This document shows positions 56,901 through 64,000 of a stretch of DNA of 64,000 nt, piece after piece. The stretch is from contig OU015568.1 in NCBI GenBank assembly GCA_907165135.1, positions 4,464,001 to 4,528,000 of the forward strand, written 5' to 3'. The notes under the pieces were generated by a model, which worked only from the letters and a program-made list of their open reading frames with translations, made no database searches and was not told the DNA's origin. The stretch is from Oikopleura dioica (Eukaryota; Animalia; Chordata). Every line of letters starts with the position of its first letter. The stretch's first letter is position 1. Both the position numbers and the translations under genes were made by a program.

Positions 56901-59448
56901 AGTTGCAGTCGCAATTCCGCTCGTATTCATTCCAATCTTGGTTGCTCATTAGCGGGTTGTCTTCGAGGTTGTTAAAGAAAGTGTAGAAGTACCAGCAGCC
57001 GACGATGGCGGCGATTCGGAAGGGGGTGACGCCGAAGTAGGCCACGATAAGGGAGAGATCTGCGTTTTGAGGAAGGCCTTTTAGTGGATATTTATTTTCT
57101 TGGATTTCAATGACTTCAATCACTCTACTTATGATGAGATGTCTAATTATTATTTATCGCAAATTCGAAGAAGTAAAAAACCAATTAATCACTGCTTAAG
57201 GGGGTAGAAACAGCTTCTTTCCGAAAAAGGCGATTTTTGACCGGCGCTACAGTCAAGAGAATCTTACATTTTCAAATTTTCTCTTCTGGTTTAGATAGAT
57301 ACATCTTAGATCTAGGAGCATCTCCCTCGAAATTTGTTTTAGTCATCAAATTTTTGAGTAAGCGGGCTCAGAAGCAGCTCATCTCTCCGAAATTCACTAT
57401 TTTCGCAAATTTTTAAACACGTATATCTCGAGTCCCCTGATAGTTAAACAAATTTCATGCACATTTTTGTTAAGCTCAACCCTTTTTCTAGGAACATTTA
57501 TGAGGAAATTCCGTGAACATAAATAAATCTTATGTTTTCTTTTATGTAGCTGCAGTCCAAAATCGAGAAAGCTGTTTCTACCCCCTTAAAACTCTCTTAT
57601 GGTTTCTCTTATCCATTTCCTGTAAGGCAGTCTTTATATTTCGAGATTCCTCTGACTTTCTCCGACAAGCTCAAAATCTTCTTCGACCCAGAGCAAAGCG
57701 CAAAATTCACCCAATTTATCAAACTCATCAAAGCGACGCAAATAATCGCCACAATTGCAATGACTGGATCTTCGATTCCGAAAAAGAAGAGAAATACTCC
57801 GACGCACCAGAGAATCAGTAGCGAGAAACGAAGAAAGTACATGATGATTTTTCGTGTTGTCGGTCCACAGCCGAGGCAAAAGGAGGATTCTTCGGTTGGG
57901 GCGAAAATGAGCATGATGATGGGCATGATCGTCGGGAAAAGAAGCATCGCAATCGTCATCGTTCTCGAGACCTCCGGCGCAACAATGAAGAGGAAAACTC
58001 CCATTCCGGCGGTGTAGAGAAATTCGACGAGGAGAATGATGAAGAACTGAGACCAGCTCGGGCGGTCAGCTTTTTTGAAAGTGATGAAATAGAAGGCGTA
58101 CAAGAAGCACCAGAACTCTGGGACGAGAAGCACCCAAAAGACCATTTGAGAATTGTGAAACATGATTGCGGATCCGTGCTGCTCCATTTTGCAAGGTCCA
58201 CTTTTCGAGTTCAAATTTGAAAAATGGAAGAGAGCGCAAATTGAAAGATTTTTTTCAAAAACCATAAAAAGAATTAATTTTTCTTTCTTTTTGGGGAAGT
58301 GTCTAGAACCTTCAAAAAATCGACAAATTTTGCGTGGTAATTTTCAACCAATCAGAAGCCTCGATTCGGCGAACCGGCCAATTAGCAGCCCAGTAGCCGC
58401 CCACGCAAAAGTTGTCGAAATTTTATGTCGGTTCTAGACATTTTCCCTTCTTTTTTACCCAAAAATAGCGAAAATAATTCATCAATAATTTTAATTATAA
58501 AGAAATTTTCGATTTTAAACTCGTCCGTATCATGCGTAAAACTAGTATTAAGCATGGCGCCAATCATTGCGGAAGAAACGTATTGCGCGACGACTGAAGC
58601 CATGGAAAACACAAAGAATACGACGGTAAAGACGTGATGCCAGAAAATTCTCCATCGATGGGGCCAAGGATCTGGCAGAGCAAAATCAGTAATTGCTGGC
58701 TCGATTATTGCCTTGTCCCATGGTTCGACGTTTTCTTTCTTTGACTCGCGCATTGAGCTAGAATTTTGATGATGAAAATTTCGGCGATTCTGGAATTTTG
58801 ATCATGAGCTCGTGAAATGAAAAATTCAGGTGCCAGCTGAAGCTATCCGAGCTTTGACGTAGAATCAATCATTCGCCCCTGCATGGGATGGCCTTTGGCT
58901 TTAACGGCAGCGCTATTTACGATTCATAAAGATCAAGCGTGCCCAGATTGAGTAACTCCATGCGTCAAAAGATGCTCCTTTCGAATCATTGAATAGGACT
59001 TACGTTTGGGAAGGTCGAGGTCCTCCGCCGGGACCTTGACCTGATGGTAGACCGACTTTGATGGCTGATTTTGGCACTTCATCGGGAGGGGCGGGTTGAT
59101 AGACTGTCTTTCGGATCGTGCTTTTGGAAGTTTTTAAAGAAGAAAATTGATCGAAAATCGACTCGAAAATTTAAATAAATTTCGGTTATTAAAAAATTTT
59201 TCATGGAAGAAAATCTTCTTTTTCGATTAAAAACTGTGCCTGTGCTCTTTTTCCACAACATCTTCTGTAAATTTCACGCTCTTCCTTGGCTTCGACCCTG
59301 TATCATAAGCTGGCGGTGATCCATCTAAACTTCCATTATTCGGACTATTCCCTTCATTGGTATTTTTCAGAACTCCATGAGGAAGTGGCTCAATTCTCGA
59401 CTTTCGCCTTCCGAATTGAACCTTTTTTGGAGCCACTGGCTCTGGCAT
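50974..59448 (-). CDS. CHS: Chitin synthase (GT2), multi-exon
   Basis: CTTLWHE, HIFFD, HLKD, RGKRWSQVMYLYY, LDGDVDF, ACCGAIHP, YQNFEYAVGHWLQKSAEHVLGCVLCSPGCFSLMR, QYDQGEDRWLCTL, QRRRW, ANLNDCSWGTR; N- and C-terminal TM clusters. Exon 1 59240-59448 (GC-AG intron 59121-59239), exon 2 59004-59120, exon 3 58521-58757. The final exon assignment is uncertain. Confidence 0.96.
54860..55341 (-). CDS. Candidate nested same-strand gene inside chitin synthase intron 54789-55447
   Basis: Pyrimidine-rich acceptor ttttcttctgacag (AG at 55349-55350); overlapping ORFs from ATG 55341 (94 aa, KRKK, RSPSP) and ATG 55273 (137 aa, CGC..CDAC, two VKTEP motifs, acidic run); AATAAA overlapping the stop (54859-54864). 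Confidence 0.55.
57200..57585. mobile_element. 386 bp MITE with TTAA TSD and GGG termini (Kolobok-like) in a chitin synthase intron
   Basis: ttaa|gggggtagaaacagctt ... aagctgtttctaccccc|ttaa (TTAA at 57196-57199 and 57586-57589). Confidence 0.85.
58293..58447 (+). mobile_element. MITE family A copy in chitin synthase intron 58201-58520 (8 bp TSD ttcttttt)
   Basis: ggggaagtgtctagaacc...gtcggttctagacattttccc; ttcttttt at 58285-58292 and 58448-58455. Confidence 0.85.
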
Positions 59449-61622
59449 GAAAAAAAAGCTCTGGAAATTGAATTGAAGAGTTTTTTTTTTGCTCTTTGGA
59501 AATTATGATTTCTGCGGGAGAACGTGTCAGAAAGCAATATAAATTGCCCCTCGACACTGTCAATTCTGCCCTTTAAAACTCTCACCTGGAGCTGGAGGGG
59601 GCGCCTTCCCTTTCCCCATTTATTTTTCTCTCTCTTTGACTGTGAGTTTCTTCTTTTAGTTCCGTTCTCTTACTTTGAATCTGATCTCCCCGCAACGAGC
59701 AATTTCTGGATAGTGGCCTAAAATAATTTTTTTCTCAAATATTTGAGACTAAGTGACCTTTCAGGACAGTAAAAACGCAAGTTTTGACTGTTGTGGTTGA
59801 ATTGTTTTGATAGGCAGTAATGAAACTCACTCATGGAACTTTTGACTAGTCACTTTTAATAATCATGCCGCAAGATTTTTATTTATAATGAAAAATGATG
59901 ATTTCTGATTGAGGACACTAGAAACCCTCCTTATGACATTCATCTTTAAATTTCATGGTTCTCTATCTTGCATCTATCGTTAGGGAAACTTTTCAGAAGC
60001 CGTCTTTTGAAAAGTGGCTCGGGCTAGGGTAGCCCTCGAAATACACCTGGCCTTTGCTCAAACTTCAGAAAAAGCTCGACAGGTTAAATTTGATCATGCC
60101 AGATTATGACGCTTTTGAGAAGCTTTTGAGAACGTTGATCATTTTTTTCCTTCACTACCGAAATTTCCTGACGACGAGGATCATTTTCCAAGTTTCAAGA
60201 AAGACTCTTATTAACCCGATGTTATTACAAGCATTTCTCACAATCGACAGCTCCGGCAGATTTATGAGCATCAATTGCATTCGTGGGAATTCATGAAACT
60301 GCCTTCAGATGCAATTTTATTCCTCCATCATCAGATTTTTCCCATTAGAGATTTTTGCCCAAGATTTCAACATTCAGAAATGTCAGGATTCCAATCGAAA
60401 ACTGACAAGCTTTCGGCCGAGTGATCAATAGCCGCCAGTCCAAAATTACTCGTTACAGTTTCTTTCTTTAGAAAAAAAATGCGAAAGCTTGGCTTTTTGA
60501 TAACTTTTCTCGTTTTTCCATTAGCATCAATTTTACTCGTTTTTCTTTTTCCCGTCAAAAGTTGGAAATTCATGACGTTCGTGAAAATAACAGAAACGTC
60601 CATTATTTTGAGAGACATTCTTCTAGAGCTCGAAGAAGCGATAACTTTATTCAAGAGAAAGAATCACCATCATTAATTGGTTTCTCCTACTAAAATTTTA
60701 CGATTCAAAAACAGTCAGTTTACACGCTGAAATCACAAATGCTCATTCAAATTCTCGGTGCCATCTTTTCCTCGGCATTCCTTTGCTTCGCCGTTAGAAA
60801 AATCTCGTATTGCCAGATGGACGAATGCTACAGGATTGTCTACAGTAGTCTATTCAAATCAAGCCATGGAAAGCATAGACATATCCTGGAACAAGTGTGA
60901 TTTTTTCCTGTTTTGTGAGCGCTGGATTCATCTTGTATGTGTCTGTGTCTGTTGCGCAGAATTTGAAGATGCTAAATGAGCCTGACAAGCTTGCTGCTTA
61001 TCGATCTCCTCTTGTCGCTCTCTGTGGTAAGAAGTAGGAAGTTCTCCTTCACCATCTTGAAACTTAATCCTTAGAGGACAACGGATTCCGCTCCGCAAAT
61101 GGATCGAATCGATCCAGCACCCGTCGCGCCTCAAGTCGATCTTCTACTCGGTCCAGCTTCCGGTCAGGCTACACAGGGGCCTACTCTTCAGCATCTTCGA
61201 GAAAACAATCACTTCGTTCTGATTCGGCTGTAACCCTCAGAAACGTAAAGGTAAGGCAAAGATGAAGGAAAATGGATCAAATTATACAGCCCCCATTTGT
61301 GTCGATATTGACGGTATAACCCTCTTAAGTATGGTTCATTTCTTGCGCCGCCCGTAAATGAAGATGCTGTCTGATGCTTATGAAGACCCAGCGCCTTTTA
61401 AATGACGCTATTCCCTCGAAATAAACCAAAATCATAGGAAAAAATGGGTATCGATCACGAATTTTCTAAGCGCTCTTGATATGGAGATTCACGGGTGTGC
61501 GATCTCATTCTTGACCATATATGACGCACGCATCTTACCATCTCGTATTTCCGGTATTTCAGTGCTCCAAATGAAAGAGATATAATCAAGGCGATGATTT
61601 AGCTGCCCAACAGTTATCTAAA

Positions 61623-62174
61623 ATGATGAACGCTTCTGCTGATGAAGATATGGAGCTGCCAAAATTCTGCCCGATGAAAATCTGCAACCTCTGCCAAAAG
61701 TACGTCTTCTCTCCCGACCTGCGATACATTCAAAACTTGCGCATCGTAACCCGCTGTACCAACATCTTCGAACGAGGATGCTGCGAGGACTTGGTTGATG
61801 AATTCCTCGTCACTTCTTCCAACGATGAAAGCACAGGCTCAACAACTGCCAATCTCATTTTCTCCTTCCTCTTCGGAATCGCCTGCTGCGGCGCCGTCTT
61901 CCTGATCGGCAAGTACATCAAAGATCGCGAAGCGGAAAAGTCCAACTTCAACTCGATGCGACGCCTTTCCAGAGCTCGATCCATCACTTCCGAGGCCAAT
62001 GGAAATCAACGAAGACTTTCCATGTTGTCCGCCGGTCGCCAATTCACTGACATGACATTTCCTTTAGCACCGGAGGCGGGTTTCTACTCGAATAGGCGAC
62101 GATCAACCCTCGTTACCTGCGCCGCGCATCAAAAACTTGGAAGAAAGCTTTCTCTGCAACCAATGCTTGAGTGA
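61623..62174 (+). CDS. Single-exon 183 aa protein: Cys-rich N-terminus, one TM helix, Arg/Ser-rich tail
   Basis: ATG ORF; TM ANLIFSFLFGIACCGAVFLIG; several RRxS motifs; AATAAA near 62177. Confidence 0.7.
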   Translation: MMNASADEDMELPKFCPMKICNLCQKYVFSPDLRYIQNLRIVTRCTNIFERGCCEDLVDEFLVTSSNDESTGSTTANLIFSFLFGIACCGAVFLIGKYIKDREAEKSNFNSMRRLSRARSITSEANGNQRRLSMLSAGRQFTDMTFPLAPEAGFYSNRRRSTLVTCAAHQKLGRKLSLQPMLE

Positions 62175-62240
62175 AAAATAAAATACAAATAGAGAAATAT
62201 CCTTGTGAAATTTATTAATAAATAGTTTTGTTTGATCTTT

Positions 62241-63905
62241 TTAGTTATTCAAGATCTTCGACTCTTCGATTTCTTTGTGCGAATACATCGGGCATCGGTC
62301 GGGTTTCTTAGAATAAGCTTTGTAGACGATGTAGAAGTATGTTGGAAATGTCACAAGCCCGGGAATAACGAGGAGATTGGTGAAACCGGCTCGGAATAAT
62401 TCATTGTCGTAGAATTGGCAGCTTGTTCGCTCGCCACAGCCATCTTGTTTCCAGAAGATGCAGGTCGTATCTGAGAGAACTGTATTCAAATCATCGAATA
62501 GTAAGTCCTACCGATCGCGGATCCAGCCAAAAACGGCCCTGGAGCGTAGCCGATCAACTTCATCCCCAAGTGCATGAGTCCAAATGTCACAACTTTCGTA
62601 TTCGCTGGAACTCGCGACAGCAACAGCGAAACATAAGGACCACCAACTATCCCGTGGAAGAAAGAACTGATCGCGAAGCAGATCAGAACCTGTTGAAGAA
62701 TCGAGTCTGGACAAGTTCGAAATTTACTTGAAGCCCAATCCGAGTTTGATTCTTTATAAAAGATGAAAAAGTATTTTTGAAATCAACGAAGAAAATATGA
62801 TTTTTTTCACCTCACCTGAAACTGAAGATAAACAGCTACAGTCAGAAAAGTTCGATGGTCCGCTGACCGTCTGACATCCTGCCATACAAGGGCTTGAGAA
62901 GATATTTCCAGCTTCATCCTTTACGAGTTGAATTTCTTGAGTCGGACAAGAACATGATTCGCTGAAGTCGGAGCAAATTGAATTCGGTTCAACAGAGCCA
63001 ACATTGTTTTCATCGATATTCAGACCGATAACTTCCGGAGTATCACAGCCTGAATTCATCCATGTTGTCGGAAAGAAGTTGAATCGTATGCTTACCGAGG
63101 TAATAGAGCGGCGCAAGGGCAATGACGGAAACGACTGTACAGGAAAGAATCAGCCAAGAAGTTCCTTTTTCCTGCAAATTGAATCTTTTGTGAAACCAGC
63201 CGCCGAACAAAGCGCCAAAAAACGCCCCAAGAATCGTGATCATCCCGTACTGAACTCCTGCTTCTTTCGCTGTGAGACCAAATTGGCGTTCGAGATATTT
63301 CATGCCGAAGCCATTCAAAGCGGCCGTGGTGATGGAGAGAATCCCATGATTGACGATGAGGATGACTGGGACGGAAGATGTGAGGACGAGTTTTGCCATT
63401 TTTGCCGCCGCAGCGGGTCCTGAAAATTAAGTTTGAAAAGAAAATCGGGAGGATGATAACCTTTCGGTCCATCAAACTCGACAGAAGTTAGACAAGGCGG
63501 GACTTTGGGAAAGCAAAGCATTGGCAGTGAAGCGGCGAGAGCGAAAATTCCGCTAATCAAGTATCCAATCCACCAAGCTCCCACCCATTCCGGATCGGAA
63601 GGGTCCATGATTGTTTCGGAGCGGTAAAAATCTACGTAAAGCAGGGAAGCAACTGGCTGAATGAAAGCAAAGGCGATCAATGGTCCGCAGACGAAGATGG
63701 CCAGAAGAATTCCCTTTTCAGAGGCTTTCTAGTGCCAGGAATCGATGTTGAAGGAATCAAGAAAAGCCCATTTCCTGATAGTAACCTCTTTTTCTCGTGC
63801 TCGTCAGCGAGTCGTGCAAATACGACATGCCCAGCGGCATGAACCCAGAAAACCCAAGGCCCATGAAGATCTCCCCAATCAGGAGGAAGAAGAAATATTT
63901 CGAAG
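62241..63905 (-). CDS. Organic anion transporting polypeptide (OATP/SLCO family), 3' part; 5' part lies beyond the window
   Basis: MPLGMSYLHD, GILLAIFVCGPLIAF, DPEWVGAWWIGYLISG, MKYLERQFG, LGCDTP, Kazal-like CSC...FSSPCMAGC...FSDCSC, GYAPGPFLAGSAIDTTCIFWKQDGCGERTSCQFYDN; GA-AG intron 63714-63774. Confidence 0.93.
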
Positions 63906-64000
63906 CACTTTCGGTGCATGTCTTATTTTCCGCGTCGCATAAAATTCCTTGGCTAGAATCTCCAGTGGCGTCGTAAGGAGGTGAGAGGAATTGAGGTAAG

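Noticed and set aside
60367-61250. ORFs and an exon-like Ser/Arg-rich frame ending AAG|gtaagg between CHS and the 61623 gene
   Set aside because: Strand and frame are ambiguous and no coherent model emerged.

Overview
AT-rich eukaryotic (animal) genomic DNA. It is most likely from the appendicularian tunicate Oikopleura dioica, inferred from many 35-60 bp introns, several GA-AG and GC-AG introns, very short intergenic gaps and an oikosin-type Cys-rich domain. Genes reconstructed by hand from splice sites and reading frame: a 4-TM LAPTM-like gene with a 12 kb TE-filled first intron (10698-25421 +), an oikosin-like Thr-rich/Cys-domain secreted protein, several orphan membrane or coiled-coil genes, a 5-EC classical cadherin, an ARSB/I/J-type arylsulfatase, a CUB-EGF-EGF-TM protein, a chitin synthase (~51.0-59.4 kb, -) and the 3' part of an OATP/SLCO transporter. 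The mobile content is rich and datable by target-site duplications (TSDs): a 3.0 kb hAT element with a damaged BED-finger transposase, two ~940 bp almost fully palindromic hAT-type foldbacks, a 930 bp Mutator-like foldback that duplicated an intron donor site, a 749 bp element inside a duplicated exon, a ~160 bp MITE family with 8 bp TSDs, and TTAA-flanked MITEs. The most unusual observations are a same-strand ORF with its own acceptor and poly(A) signal nested in a catalytic-domain intron of chitin synthase, transposons that create or duplicate splice signals, and GA donors paired with purine-rich AAAAG acceptors. All gene models and family assignments are by eye; no database searches were run.
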